53,857 bases of DNA from an uncultured bacterium (GTDB taxonomy: Bacteria > UBA8481): positions 1 to 53,857 of the forward strand of contig CAZCME010000027.1 of the NCBI GenBank assembly GCA_964499705.1, in the 5' to 3' direction. The stretch's first letter is position 1; each line of letters opens with the position of its first letter. The notes beneath the pieces are model-generated. The model saw nothing but the letters and a program-made list of their open reading frames with translations. It did no database searches and was not told where the DNA came from. The translations under genes and the position numbers were made by a program. Shown piece after piece: positions 35,140 through 50,100 of the stretch.

Positions 35140-38100
35140 CTACCGGATCACCATGACCTTCCTGATCGTTTGCTCGCCGGAGGAGGTGCGGAAGATGACG
35201 ATGTACATGCCGGAGGCGAGCTCGCGGCCGTCGTCGTTGCGGGCGTCCCACTGGTAGCGGCCTTCGCTCGAGCTCTTCGCCATCGTGGTGACGCGGCGGC
35301 CGGCGGAATTGAAGACTTCGATGGTGACCGTCGCGGGCAGGGAGTCGAAGAGGATGCCGGACGTGGGGTCGGCGGCATTATAGGGGGAGCCGGTCTTTGC
35401 CTGGCCGTCGTAGGGGATGAAGGGGTTCGGGTAGACGATGACGTTGCCGAGGCCGGCGGCGACAGGCTGGCCGGCGAGGACGGCGAAAATGGTGAAGTGC
35501 TTCACCCTGGCGGAGACGACATTTCTCTTGCCGTCGACCGTGGATGAGTTCTCCTTCACCCAGGTCTTGAGGACTTCCTCCCATCGGTAGATCGCGAGGT
35601 TCTCTTCGAGGACGGATGTCGTTCCGACGAAGTCCGTCTGGAGATCGGTGTCGGCATACGGGATCTCGATATCGATCTCCTTTTCGAATGTCCGTTTTCC
35701 GTCCTCGCGGATAAAGACGCGGAAGGCGCCGGAATCAGGAACGCGGAATCCTCCTGTCGTCGGCGTCGTGTCGAAGGCCTTGTTGAGGACAGTCACCTTG
35801 ATCCATACGCTCTCCGCGACAGCGCCCCTGGGAATGCTCAGCATCGTGCCGCCGTCGGCGATCATCATGACGGTCGACGATTCGGGGAAGAATCTCTGCC
35901 TCCGGATGTGGTGCAACGTTCCGGCCTCGCGGTACTCGTGAACGGTCGACTCGGAGTGATCGACGACGACGCGAATGAAGCTTGGATTGGGATCGACTCG
36001 GCCGGCGGTGTCCGTCCCGACGGCGCGGACATCATACGTTCCCTGCGGAAGTCCCGAGATATCCCAGTAGATGCCCCAGAACGGCGCCTGCGTGTCCGGA
36101 TTCGGCCGCAGGAGCGTCGTGCACGGCATCCAGTCGCCTCCTGCCGGGCGATACTCGTAATAGATGGACGTGTACGAATCTCCGTACGTGGAGATGATCG
36201 AGAATTCGTCGCCCGCGGCGCGGACCTCGAGAAGGGGGGAGTCGATGATGAGTGAGAGCGACCCGGTCGTATCCATCACGATGACGCGGATCGTTGTCGT
36301 GCCGGAGTTCGAAACGGCGTCGAAGAGCCTCACGATGAAATCATACGTGTCTCCCACGACGCGGCTGTCGAAAACAGCGGTGCATTGCCAGGTGATCGAG
36401 TCGATCTGCGTGAAGCGCGTCGATTCGGCCTGATCCACGGGCAGGAGATTGACGACGATCGAATCGACGAAGGAGGAGTCCTTCGCCCTGACGGTGAATA
36501 CCACAGTCGTGGTTCCCGTGTTGAAGAGACTCGACGGCGAAGCGGACGCGGAGAGGACGATCGGCGGCGTCGTGTCCGTGCCGATGATCCGGAACGAATC
36601 GGCCGCCACGGCCGTCGTGTTACCGAGATCATCGATCGCGATGACGCGCCAGAAGTAGGTTGCCATTCCGAAGGAAAGAATCGTATCCGGCGTCGCGGTC
36701 GTGGAATCGGCCACGAAGACGCCCGTGAAGGCGCCCGAGGTGTCGATCTGCAGCCTGTAACGGTTGAAGCCGGCGATGGCATCGGTCGAAGCATTCCAGT
36801 CCAGGAAAGCGGGCGACGTGAGCGACATTCCTCCGGTGGGGGAGACGAGCGACGGCGCCGTCGGCCCGGCCGTGTCCACGACGATACGGGAATCGCCGAC
36901 CGTCGTCGAGTTGCCGCGGTTGTCCGTGGCGATGACGCGCCAGAGATACGTATCGTTGGCGGCGAGCGTGACCGTCACGAAGGTGTCGAGGAGGGACGTA
37001 TCGAGCGCGAAGGGCGCGAGAAGATCCTGGTCCACGAGGAGCCGATACGTGACGGGCGGCGAGCTGTCCCTGGCCGTGCTCCAGCGGAATGTCAATCGCA
37101 CATCGTTTGTCTCGGTTCCGTTGCCGGGCGCGGTCAGGTTGAAGGTATCAGGTCCAGCCGAGTCGATGCTGTTACGGACGGAGAACGTCTCGATGATCGA
37201 GAGGGATGAGTTTCCGGCCTGATCGAGCGCCGTGACGATCCAATAATAGGTGTCCGCCGTGAGATCGACGGTGATCGTGAGCGAGGTGACGAACGTGTCG
37301 ATCTTCGGCGCGCCGAAGGCCGGCGAGGTGTCGATACGGATGCGATAGGAATCGAGCCCCGCGAGGGTGTCCACGGAGAGCGACCAGCGGAATTGGACCG
37401 GCGACGCCGTATCGATGAGCATCGTCGGCGTGTCGAGAGCAGGGATGGAAGGCGGCGTCGTGTCGATGACGAAGATGGAGTCGCCGACAGCGGTCGTATT
37501 GCCGGCGTCGTCGGTCGCGAGGATCCGCCAGTGGAATGTGTCATTGGGCGCCAGGAGGAGCGTACCCGATGTCGCTGCGATTCCGACGTTGGAGTCGAAG
37601 AGCAGCGTCGTGAAGGCACCCGAAGTATCGACCTGGAGACGCTGGCCGGCGAGACCGGTGAAGGCATCCGTCGCGAGCGCCCACGTGAAGACAATCTGCG
37701 TCGAGCTGGTTTCCAGGAGATGAGCGGGCGTCGCCTGAAGCGCCGGTGACGGCGGCGTCGTGTCGACAAAGAGCACGGAATCCGACGACGTCGTCGTGTT
37801 GCCGGCATCATCGGCCGTTATGATCCGCCAGAAATAGCTGTCATTCGGAGCGAGCAGCACGGTGGTTGAATTGGCCAGACCGTTCACGGAGTCGACGACC
37901 AGAGAGGCGAATGTGGACGTTCGGGATATCTGGAGACGGTACGATGCGATGCCGCTTCCGGAATCCACGCATGTATCCCACGTGAAGAGGAAGATGAGCG
38001 ATCGTGTTTCGAGCCCGTTCACCGGCGTCGATGGCTGCGCGGCTGTCGCAAGAGCCGTATCGATCACGATCGTGTCGATCCGGGACCAGGATCTGTTTCC

Positions 38101-41100
38101 CACCCGGTCGGTTGTCGTGATCCGCCAGAAGTAGGTCTCGTTCGCGGGAAGCGACAGCGTCACGGACGTGGTCGTGACCGTCGTGTCGAGAACGAGCAGA
38201 GCATATGAGCCGGACGTGTCGATCTGCAACCGATAGGACGAGACGCCTGCTCCGGAATCCGCGGAAGCGGTCCACGAGAAGGTCAAGGAAGTGGCGCGCG
38301 TCTCGGTTCCAGCCGGGGGACCCGATGGAGTCACTGTGTCCGGAACGACCGTGTCGTTCTCGAACCAGATGGATCTCGTCTGCGAGAGACCACCGGAGTC
38401 GGTGACCGTGATCGAGACGAGCGCCGACGAAGAATCCTGGGGAATCCTGTAGATGAGCGTGTACGTGTCCTTGTTCACGCCGGTATCGGAGCCGCGAATC
38501 ACGGTGAAGGGCGCGGAACCCGCCACGAGCGTATCGTTCACATCCGTGATCGAGACGATGATCGTGCAGACCTGGTTCGCGCCGGATCCCGTCGGATTAA
38601 AGTAGACCGTGTCGGGCGCGGTACCGACCGTGATCGGCGCCGCGTCGTAAAAGTGCGTCGAGTCGGACGACGAGACGGCGAAGGCCGTGATGACCGGCGT
38701 GTCGTTGATGACGGCCTGCGATGTGTCGACCACGATGCCGGCGACGGAATCGGAGAAGAACCCCTCGTTGATGAATCGCGCGCTGCCCGTGTCCGCCGTT
38801 GTGACGCGGTAGTATAACGTCTCGCCATGAACGACCGCTCCGTCCGAATATGTATCCGCCGGAGCGGCGACGCGCCCCAGGTAAAGCCAGTGATTCGTAT
38901 CGGCCGTGCGCGAACGGTAGATCCGGTACTCCGTGACGGCGGGCGCGAAGGGATCGGCTTCCTCGTCGAGCGTCGTCGCCTTCCACGAGACGATGACGCT
39001 GCCCGCGAGGCTGTCCATGCGGGTCGAGACCGTATCCGGCGCATCCGGAGCCACCGTGTCGGCTCCGAGGAACGTATCGACCATGCCCAGGCGGAAGGGC
39101 GCATAGCGCGCCGTGAACGAGCCCGTGCCCTGGATGAAGTTCCTCACCTTTGTCGTGTCCGCCGTTCCCCACCAGTTCCGCGTCATGTCCATGAAGGCCG
39201 AATCGGAGTAGACGCCGGTCGTATCGGTGATGGCGTAGATGTTGCTCTTCCGGATGGACGTCAGCCGGGAAGTGCCGTCGACGTAGAAGCCCAGCGAGCG
39301 GTTGGAGTCGGCCTCGCAGGCCTCGAAGATGACGCTACGGGAGAATCCGGTGACGAAGCCGACGAGCTTGTTGCGGGCGGCGCGGTTCCGCGCCACGAGC
39401 ACATTGTCCGATGCGGCCCAGATGATGAAGCCGTCGCCGCCGTTCGAGTCGGCTTCGTTGCCGACGATCGCCGCGCCTGTCTCTCCGGCCTGGACCCGGA
39501 AGCCGGCGACGAGATTCGCGTGCGCCCTGTTTCCGATGATGAGGGGTGACAACGACGTGTCGCTCACCTGGAATCCATCCTGCGTGTTCGATTCGGCGAC
39601 GTTGTTGACGAGGAGGAGGATGTCGCAGTTCGGGGTCACCTGGAAACCATCCTCGTTGTTGAACCGCGAGACATTTCCACGAAGGACGGCGGAATCGGAA
39701 TTGTTCAGGATCCAGACGCCGACGAAAGTGCTGCCGAGGATCGTCGAACTTTCCAGGAGGTTCGAATCGCCGTCGTCGAACTTCAAGCCGGCGCCGGTGA
39801 CATTCTGGATCCAGCTCCTCCGGATAAGGTTCTGCGAGGATTGGACAGTAAAGCCGTCGTTGAGTGAGTTGAAGACGGAGTTCGAATCGAATGTGTTCCC
39901 GCCCTGGAGAACGATGTATCCCTGCTGGCGCGGTTTCGTGCAGGTGTTGTACTCGAAGAGGTTATTCGGGGAATTGATATAGTACCCCTGGCCCGTGTCC
40001 CACTGGGAGATATTCGAGACGAACCGGTTGGAGTCCGAGTAATTGTGGATTGTGTAGCCCGCTCCGGTGTTCGTCGAGGCGACATTCCATCCGATGAGGT
40101 TCGAGTCCGCGTTGATATCCATCTGATATCCCGCGGAAACGTTCGATTCGGATCGGTTGTACCGCAGCATGTTCGCGAACGACGTCTCCTGGATCGCGAA
40201 TCCGTGCTCCAGCGCGGCCAGCGTCGCCGTGTTCGAGTCGATGACATTCCAGTTCGCGGTCTGAAAGCCGAAGCCGCGGAATCCGTTACGAGTGGCGGTG
40301 TTGAACGTCAGCGTGTTTGTGTCGGACGTGATGATGAAGCCGTAGCCGGCGTCCTGGAGGGAGGCGTTTGATATCACGACGTTCCGGTTGGAGTTATTCA
40401 CGAGGTTGTATCCGTCCGAGAGATTCCGGTATGTGCTGTTCGAGGTGAAGACGTGCGAGCCGGAGTCGTCGCAGTAGAAGCCCTTCAGAGTGTTCGAGTC
40501 CGAGACGTTCCAACGGAATGTGTCGGCCTGCGCGCCGTTGACACCGATCCAGCCGTAGCCCGCGTTCGACCGGGCGAGGCACGAATCGTAATTGTTTCCC
40601 GTTGCGCCGTTCACTTCGAATCCGCTCGCGGCGCCCGCGATCGCCGTATCCTCCCGAAAGAGATTGTTGTTTCCCGGGCAGAAGAAGCCCTGAGCTCCGG
40701 CGCTCCATGCGAGATTCCTGATGAACGTATTCGACGAAGCGTTCACGAAGAAACCCTGTCCCGTATCGTCGCTCGACGTGTTGCCGATGTAGAAGTTCTG
40801 GTCTGACAGATTGTGAATCGAGTAGCCCGCGCCGGCGGAGTGCGTCGTCAGGTTCCAGCCGATCGTGTTCGAGTCGGAGTTGACCGTCACCTGGATGCCG
40901 TCCGCGGCCGAGGAATCGACCCGGTTGAAGCGAATAAGGTTGTTTGAGGCCGAATCCGTCACGGCGATGCCGAGGCTGGAACGCGGCCGCGTGATCGCGT
41001 TCGAATCGACGACGCAGTTCGAGTCGCCGTTCAGCTCGATGCCGCGGTATCCCGGCGTCAGGATCGTATTGCCGATGACGGCGACGCCTCCGGCGCCGAC

Positions 41101-44100
41101 GATGAAGACGCCGTAGCCTGTCGCGCTGTCGGAGGTGTTCGAGAGAATCAGGTTATTCCGCGCGGCGTTGGCCAGGACGTAGTGCCCCTGGAGCCCGCCG
41201 CTTGCGTAGTTCCCGGTCAGCAGGTTCGACTCGGATGCGTTCAGGTTGAACGCATCCTGCGTCGTCGTCTCCGCGCGGTTCCAGCGGAGCATATTGGTGT
41301 CGGAGCCCGCGAGGAGCCGGAAGCCCATCAGGGATTGGGTTGCGGTGTTCGAGTCGATCGTGTTCCGGTCGGATGCGTTCAGGTAGAATCCTTCGCCCAA
41401 TCCTCGGAGCGCGATGTTCGAAATGAGCCGGTTGTTGTCCGATCCGGAGACGAGCGAGAAGGCCGCGAACCGGTTCGACTCCGCCGTGTTGCCGGAGAGA
41501 TACGACGAGTCGGACGCGTCGAGCTTGAATCCCTCCTCGATGTTGAAGCGCGCGGTGTTTCCGATCAGGAGGTTCGAGTCGGCGGAGACGACCGTGTATC
41601 CGCTGTTCCCGTTCGACTCGGACGTATTGGCGAGAAGCGTGTTTCGGCTTCCTCCTCCGATGTAGTAGCCCCAGTTGGAGTTGTCGCGCGCGATCGAGTT
41701 CTGGATGAACGCGGAGTCTGTGCCCAGCTGGAGGAGGACACCGATCCCGCAACGCTCGGTCAGGACGTTCTCGATCCGCGCCGTGTCGACGCCCATCAAT
41801 TCGATCCCGTGCCAGGCATCTCGGACCGCGAGATTCGAGATGGAGATCTGATTGACGAAAGCCGCGATGATCCTTCTGCTCGAACCGGATCCGGAGTCGT
41901 TGAAGTCGACGATCGTCGTCAGGGAATCGACACCGATGATCCAGAGCGGCCCGGTGTCGATCGCATACGTGTCGCCCTCGAAGAACGTCCCGGCGTCGAC
42001 GTAGATCGTGTCGCCCGATCGGACGAGACCTTCGAGGTTATTGAGGAACCGCTTCGGCGAATCGGGCGTGTTACCGGAGTTCGCCGTGTCTCCGACGGCA
42101 GAGGTGAACGAGTCGCCGACCATCGCGCCGTCGTTGACGTACCATTTCGAAGAAGGAGGAGCGGCGGCGGCGCTCTCGACGACCACGGTATCCCAACCAG
42201 TCGAAGTGACGCCGAATAGAATCGAAAGTGTTGTCGTTCCGGTCGAGGTCTGGAATTGGATGGAAGAAGTACAGACGCCGTTCGTGAAGGATAACGTCGT
42301 AATGTTGATCGTCGGGGCGCCTGTGCAAGTGATCGAGACGTTGTCTGTTGTGAAGGCGGTGACGGTTTCACCCGCGGCGTCGATGGCGAGGATGCGGAGC
42401 GCGGTCGATTCGTTCAGGCGTGCGGTGTCCGGACTGACGATCCGGAAACGCATGTTCGCGTTGGAATCGCGCGCCGACGCGGGAAGGGTGGGCGTTTCCG
42501 CGCCCGGCGTGGCGCGCGCGCCCGTCCGGAAGGCGGTCGCGCCATCCCATGCGCGCATGTAGGGAGAATCGGTCGAGATCGACGGGAACGCCACCTGATC
42601 GAGCGTGTCATTGGCGGCGTTGGTGAGCGTCACGGTGTCGCCGGTGTTCGTAAGCGGGCCGAGCGCGCCCGTTGTGAAGCCGACATTTCTGACAAAAGCC
42701 TGACGCGAGTCGTAGAAGTATCCTTCGGCGGTTCCGGATGTGCGCCGGTATACGGTGAGATAGCCGCGGGGTGTGATCGTGTCAGAGAGCGTCACGCGCG
42801 ACGCGGTGAGCCTTCCGATCTTCCAGCCCGCGAGCGCGACGAAGGAATCGGACGAGTTGTACAGCTCCACCCATTCATCCCGGTTCACGTCGGCCCCAGC
42901 GCCGTCACCCTCCCAGTCCGTGCCCGGAAGGGCGATGATCTCGTTGATGAGGACGTTCGATTCCACGCTCGACGCGGTCGCGAAGGGAATGGAATCGGAG
43001 AGGAAAGACTCGTTGACCCAGGTTCCTGTGTCGGAGGCGGTGACGCGGTAGGAGTACGATTCCCCGTTCACGACGTTCTGGTCGGTGAACGAGAGCGCCG
43101 AGGGAAGCGCGGTGCCGATGCGGAGCCATTGGGTTGTGTCGGCCGTTCGCGATCGGTAGATCCGAAAGAGATCGAGTCCCGTCGCGAAGGGATCTCCTTC
43201 TTCATCGAGCGTCACGGGCGACCAGGTGACCCGGAGCGAGAGCGGAGTCGCCACGGCGGCCGCGGCGACGGTATCGGGCGCGCGCGGCGCGACCGTATCG
43301 GCGATGAAAGAGGTGTCGACGGCGGCGAGGCGGAAGGGAATGTAGAGGGCGGAGGAGAATTGTCCGCCCGCGATCCGCGCCTTGATCGCCGCCGTGTCGG
43401 TTGTGCCCCACCAGTTACGAGCGAGGTCGAGGTTGGACGTGTCGGCATTCATCCAGTTCGTGGTGGAGAGAATGTTGTTCTTATGGAGCGTGACTCCGGC
43501 GGAGTGGCTGTCGACGGAGAAGGCGAAGATCGTATTGGCGCGGGCTTCATTGGCTTCGAAGACCGTGGCGTTGGACGTGAGATTGACAAATCCATGACCG
43601 TTGTTTCGGACTGCGGAGTTATTGAGGAAATAGTTCGATGCGGCGCCGCTCTCGACCATGAAGCCCATCAGCGTATTCGAATCCGCGACGTTGCCGCGGA
43701 GCATGTTCGAAAGAGCCGCGTTGAAGATGTAGAAGCCGTGAGCCGCGTTCGATTCCGCGCGGTTATTTCTGAGGATGTTCGCGTCGGCGCCGTTGACGAA
43801 GAACCCGTGACCGCCGACGCTTTTCCGGGCCGTATTGGAGTCCAGGGTGTTCTGTCCGGCCGCCGCCTCGATCTGGAAGCCCGCGGCGCTCGTGGAGTCG
43901 GAAAGATTTCCTGTCAACGTGTTCATGCTCGATGTGACCAGGAAGCCCTGAGCCAGAACGATGTTGGACGCGGTGTTGTTGGTCAGGGAGGTGAAGGCTC
44001 CGGAAATGAGAAAGCCCTGCGCCTGGAGGATCGATGAGGAGGTGTTGCCTGTCAATGTGTTCGTATCGCCGGAAATGTTGAAACCTTGTGCGAGCTTCGC

Positions 44101-47100
44101 GCCGGCCGCGGTGTTCGTCTCAAGCGTGTTCCTGACCGCGCTGACAAGAAAGCCCTGGCTCGTGTCGAGTGTCGAACTGTTATTCCGCAGGGTGTTGAAT
44201 CGGGATGTCAGAAGAACTTCGAATCCGATGTTATTGCCGGTGGAGGTATTGCCGAGGAGGAAATTCCAATCCGAGTTGTTGACCTGGAAACCATCCGAGG
44301 GATGAGCGCTGACAGCATTATACCGGACAGTATTGGAGTCAGCGAAGGCGGCGAAGAGAATACCCACAGAGTTGCCGCCGGAGATCGTATTGGATTCGAT
44401 CGTATTGATGTCTCCTCCGACGATCTCGATGCCGTTGGAGCGCGAAACCGCGACCCGGTTCGATGTGAAGCGGTTGCGGACGGCGTCGAGAATCTGGATG
44501 CCGGTCGTGCAGAAACTCATGGCGGAATTCGAGATGACGCATCCCCGCGTCGTGACCTCCGCGAGGAATCCGGTGGCATTGGAGGAGAGGTTGACGCGAT
44601 CGACGGTGCAGGTTTCGGCGGTGATGAAGTGGAGCCCGATGCCGGCATTGCGGATTCCGATGTCGGCGATGGAGACCAGGGACTTGGCGTTGATGAGCAC
44701 TTTCCTGGTCGAAGAGGGCGAGGAGTCGAGGAAATCAAGGATCGAGGATGCGGAGTCGATGCCGATTATCCAGAGCGGACCGGTCTCGATCGAGACGGCC
44801 TCCGTTTCGTTAAAGATTCCCCGGTCGATGCAGATGGTGTCGCCCGCTCGGACGAGGCCTTTCAACTGATTGAGGAATCTCTTGGGAGCGCCGGGGGAAT
44901 CGCCGGAGTTATTCGTATCGCCGACGGCCGCCGAGAAGGAGTCGCTCGTCGTGGACGTATCGTTGACATACCATTTTTTCGGCGGTGGGGTCTGGACGAC
45001 GAATGTCTCGATGTCGAGACCTGAAAGGGCACGGTTGCCGACACGGTCGACCGCAATAACGCGCCAGAAGTAGGGGCTGTCCGAGAGGGGAGTCGTGACG
45101 ACGACGTCGGTGTCGGGATGCGTCGTCGATTCGGTCGAGATGATCTGATCGAAGGCGGCCGTCGAAGCGATCTGGATGGTGTAGAAGGCGACGCCCGAGC
45201 GGGAGTCCGCGGCGGCTGTCCAACGGAGCGTGGGCTGTTTTGCGGTGGACTCGCCGTTCGCGGGCTGGATCAATTGCGCGACGGTATCCGGAGGCGTCGT
45301 GTCGGGACGGAACAGGATGGTGAGCGAATCGGATTGCGTCGCCGTGGACGACACGGTGAGGATCGCGGTCGTGTCGCTTACGGCATGGCGGGGATTTACG
45401 AAGAAGAAGGCCTGATAGGAATCGTTCGTGTCGGTCTGCGTGACCGAATCGAAGACGGCGGTCACGCTGATGGATTCTCTTGTTGTCGCGGAGTATAGAA
45501 CAGTCAGAGTCACGACCTGCGTCTCCGCGCCGAACCAGACCGTGTCTCCGGTTGGCGCCGTGTCGAAGGGAGCTCCGTCGAAGAATCGATCCGGCGTGTC
45601 GCTTGCGAATTGAAGGAGAGAGATGACCGGAGTATCGACCGGCGTCACCATAACCGCGACCGTATCGGAGCCGCGCGATGTGAACGCGTATTGGACGGTC
45701 AACCTTGCCGTGCCGGAATCTGTGAGGAAACGGATGGTTGTGGAGCAGACTCCGCTTGTGAAGTCGACCGTTGCGATATTGATCGTAGGCGTGCCCGTGG
45801 CTGTGATGGCGACCCCTGCGGACGAGAACGTGGTCACGGTGTCGCCCGAGGCATCGATAGCAATCACGCGAAGCGTCACCGATTCGCCGAATAGAGCGGT
45901 GTCCGGGCCTTCGATTCGGAACCGCATGTTCGCGTTCGAATCCCGGACGCCGGACGGCAGAGCAGGCGTCTCCCATCCTGAAGTCGGCCTGGCCAGATTC
46001 CTGAACGTATCGGCTCCGTCCCACGCGCGGCCATAGCTCGAATCGGTGGTCGCAGACGGATAGACCACTTTGTCGACGGTATCGCCCGCCGCGTTCGTCA
46101 GCGTGACGGTGGCGCCACCGTTTGTGAGTGCGCCCAGAGAACCGGTCGTAAAGAGCTGGTTACCGACGAAGACCTGGTTGGAATCGAAGAAGTAGCCGCC
46201 GACGACGCCAGCCGCGCGGCGGTATACGATGAGATATCCGCGCGGTTGAAGCAATCCGGACAGAGTCACGCGCGATGCGGAGTCTTCGCCGATTTTCCAG
46301 GAGGCGAGATTAATGACGGAATCGTTCCTGTTATAGAGCTCGACCCATTCATCGGCCGAAGCGCTGACACCGGAGTTGCCGTCCCAATCGGTGTTGGGCA
46401 GGGGCAGGATCTCGTTGATGGCGATGCCGGTGTCCGCGACGGCGGCGACGGCGGTAGCGGAGGGGATGGAATCGGAGAAGAAGGATTCGTTCGGGAGGGG
46501 CGATGCCGAGTCGGTAGAAGTGATGCGATAATAGTAGGTCTCGCCGTTCACGACGGCGGCATCGCTGTATGTGAGAGCCGCGGCGGTCGCGGTGCTGAGC
46601 TGAACCCAGAGCGAAGTGTCGGGAGTACGCGAGCGATAGATCTTGAAGCCGGCGAGAGCAACCGCGAAGGGGTTGGCTTCCTCGTCGGCGGTGACGGGCG
46701 ACCATGTGAGGGTGATGGAGCCGGTCGAAGTGTCGGCGATTGCGGCGACTGTATCGGGAGCGCGAGGCGCCACGGTGTCGGCTCCAGCTGACGTGTCTAC
46801 GGCCCCGAGCCGGAAGGGGGTGTAGATAATGGAGTCGCGTCCGATGCCGGAAATGCGTTGCTTGATCTGAGCGGTATCGGTGGTGTTCCAGAAGTTGCGC
46901 GTGAAATTAAATGATTGGTTGGTTTTATTCCAGATGACGCTGTCAGGATTTGTAGCGGACGAGGCAAAATTGTTTTTTTGGAAGGTATCCGAACTAGAAG
47001 CGCTATCGAGACTGATTTGATAAAGTGTGTTGAACGAAATATCGTTTTGATGAAAAATATTAAATCGAGACGAGGTGATAAAAACGCCTGTACTGTCGAA

Positions 47101-50100
47101 TTGAATCCTGTTTCGATAGAATGAATTGGAATCCGCGCCTGCGTCAAGATACACGCCATAGCTGTCATTTTCACTTATGTCGTTATCGGCGAATATATTG
47201 AGATAGCTGCTGTAAAGATACAAAGCCGCATCATTATTGTTCCTGAGAATATTGCCGATTACGGTCATGTTCGAAGGAGTCGTGCTGAACCTGATTCCGA
47301 GAGATCCGTTTCCACATGCCGAGTTCCCTATGATGCTGTCGAAGCTGGCCGTGCCGCTCACGTTCAATCCCATCACGCGGTTGGAATCGAACTGATTATT
47401 TGTGATGCTGTCATATATGCAGTTGAGGAGGTTGACGCCCTCAGTGTTCCGCCGCGCGATATTGTTCCTCAACACAGTAAAAGTATCCAAGATCATTTGT
47501 ATTCCATAAACGTTGGACTCGATTCGATTATTGATGAAAGAGCCGTGCTCACCCTGAGTGTAATAAATGCCGGAGGTGCCGTTTGTTTCAATTCGATTAT
47601 CCATAACGAGGATGCTGTCTGAGCCGAGCCATATGTAGATGCCAGCGCTGCCGTTGGCGGAAATGCTGTCGTTAGCGACTCGCGCGCGATCTGTATTTGT
47701 CAGCCAAATTCCATAGTATGCTCCCGTCAACCCCAAATTTTCAATAGAAACCCCTGTGCGATTGTCAGCCTGAATGGCTGCGAGAGAGACAATTGTCTTC
47801 GCTCCCGGGGGATCGATGACCGTAGAGACAGAATCCTTCCCGATGAGCGCAACCCAATCCGTGTCGATGACGACGGTCTCCGTGTAATAGCCGGCGTCGA
47901 TGTAGATGGTATCGCCCTGTGTCAGGAACGGCCTCAATGCCGTGTAGGTCCGGCGTGGAGTGCCGGGGGAGAGGCCGCTCGCTGTGTCATATCCGATCGA
48001 TGATGTGAACGAATCGCCGCTCGTCGACGTGTCGTTCAAATACCAGATATTCGGGCCCGATGTGTCGACGTTCGCGACCCCCATTCCGACGGAGTCGGAA
48101 TAGTATGCTTCATTGAAATAGGTGCTGGCGATGGTGTCCGCGCTTGTGACGCGGTAGTAGTATGTCTCGCCGTTGACCGCGGTCGCGTCGCGGTAGGTAG
48201 TCAATCCGGCGGCGACCGTTGTCAGGTATGTCCAGAGATTCGTATCGGATGTTCGGGACCTGTAGATCCGGTATGCATCGAGGTTCACGGCGAAGGGGCT
48301 CGAATCCTCATCGAGCGTGACGGCCGACCACGTGACGTTGATCCCGCCAATCGATGCGGCGGCGGCTCCTACCGTATCCGGCGCCTTTGGCGCAACCGTG
48401 TCGGCGCCGCGAGTCGTGTCGACCTGCGCCAAGCGATACGGGATATAGCTGCAGGTTGCAGCTCCGGCGCCGGCGATGTAGCTGCGGATCACCACAGAGT
48501 CGATCGTTTTCCAGTAGTTTCTCGTCATCGTGACATTCGCGGCGGGATTGTCGAATCCCAGCGTCGTGCCGGGCTTGACGACGATGTTGTTCTTCCGGAA
48601 TTGGACCTTCGCCGTCGCGTCGATCGAGATATTCCAGTTGTTGTTGGAGTCGATCCTGTTGGCGTCGACGTAGAAGGAATCGATGCCGTTCTCGAGCCGG
48701 AAGCCCATGTTAAGGTTGTTGCGGGAGAGATTCGACGTGGCGATGACGGAGTTGACGGCGTTGAAAAGGAAGCCGTGAATGCCGTTCGATTCCGCGATGT
48801 TGCCGGAAATTCCGGCAAAGTGGGAACCGTTCATCACGAAGAGGCCGCTCTGCGTGTTGCCGCGCGCTTCGTTCGCGATGAGATTGGCGTAGGGGCTGGA
48901 GTCGATCTGGAAGCCGGCCTGGCCGTTGGCGTAGGCGATGTTCGAATCGAGCCTGGACCAGCGGGTGCTGTAGACGAAGAGGCCGGCCTGAGCGCCGCTT
49001 CGGGCCGCGTTGCCAACGAGGTATGCGCTGTCGGAGAGGTCGATGTGGATTCCGGCATTGGCGCAGGAGACGGCCTGGTTGTATCGCAACGTCGCATGGC
49101 GGGAGAAGTTGGCGAGCTGGATGCCCTGGTTCGTGGCGCTCGTGACCGTGTTGGAATCGATCGTCGTATAGAGCGCGGAGTCGAGGATGATACCCTGCGC
49201 GCCGGGGGCCGCGATGACATTATTCCTGATCCAGTTCGAGTCCGAACCGGCGACGACCTGCATCCCGGAAACGAGGCCGTTCGAGATCGAGTTGCCGTCG
49301 ATCGTGTTGGTGTCCGCGTTGGTCATGAGGATGCCGACGGACTTGGGAGCGACGACGCTGTTGCCGATCAGGGTGACCCGGTTGGTGGAGACGATCGAGA
49401 GCCCGGTCGTGCAGAATCGGAGTTGCGAGTACTGGACGGTGCAATTGTTCGTCGCGGCTTCGAGGAAGATGCCGTCGGAGGCCGCGTAGACGAGGACATT
49501 ATCGACGATGGAGTTTGTGGTGTTGAGGAAATGCACGCCCTTGTTGGCGTTTCGGATCTGGATCTTCCTGATCGTGATGCCGGACTTGCCATTAGCGACG
49601 AGTTTCCGGTCTCCGGCCGCGAAGGAATCTCCGTAATCGAGAATGGTAACAGCGGAGTCGGCGCCGATCACCCACAGCGGCCCGGTATCGAATGTGAAGG
49701 AAGCGGTCTCGTTGTACGTGCCGGCGTCGACGTAGACCGTCTCGCCGGCCCGGACGAGCGACTGGATCTCCTTCAAGAATCGCTTCGGTGTGGCGGGGGA
49801 CGTGCCGGTATTCGTCGAGGCGCCTACGGCGGTGGAATACACGTCGCCAGACGTCGACGTGTCGTTGATGTACCAGACACCTGACGGAGGTGTCGTCTTT
49901 ACGAACGTGAAGAAGGTGCAGCCGTTCGTCGTGACGTTGCCGACGCGGTCATAGGAAAGGACACGCCAGAAATAGGAGGAGTCGGCCAGCGTGGTAACGG
50001 TGAGATCCGTGTCGGGATGCGCCGTTGTTTCAGAGGCGAGAACCGAATCGAAATTGGAGTTGACGGCGATCTGAACGCGGTAGTACGCGACGCCCGCTCC

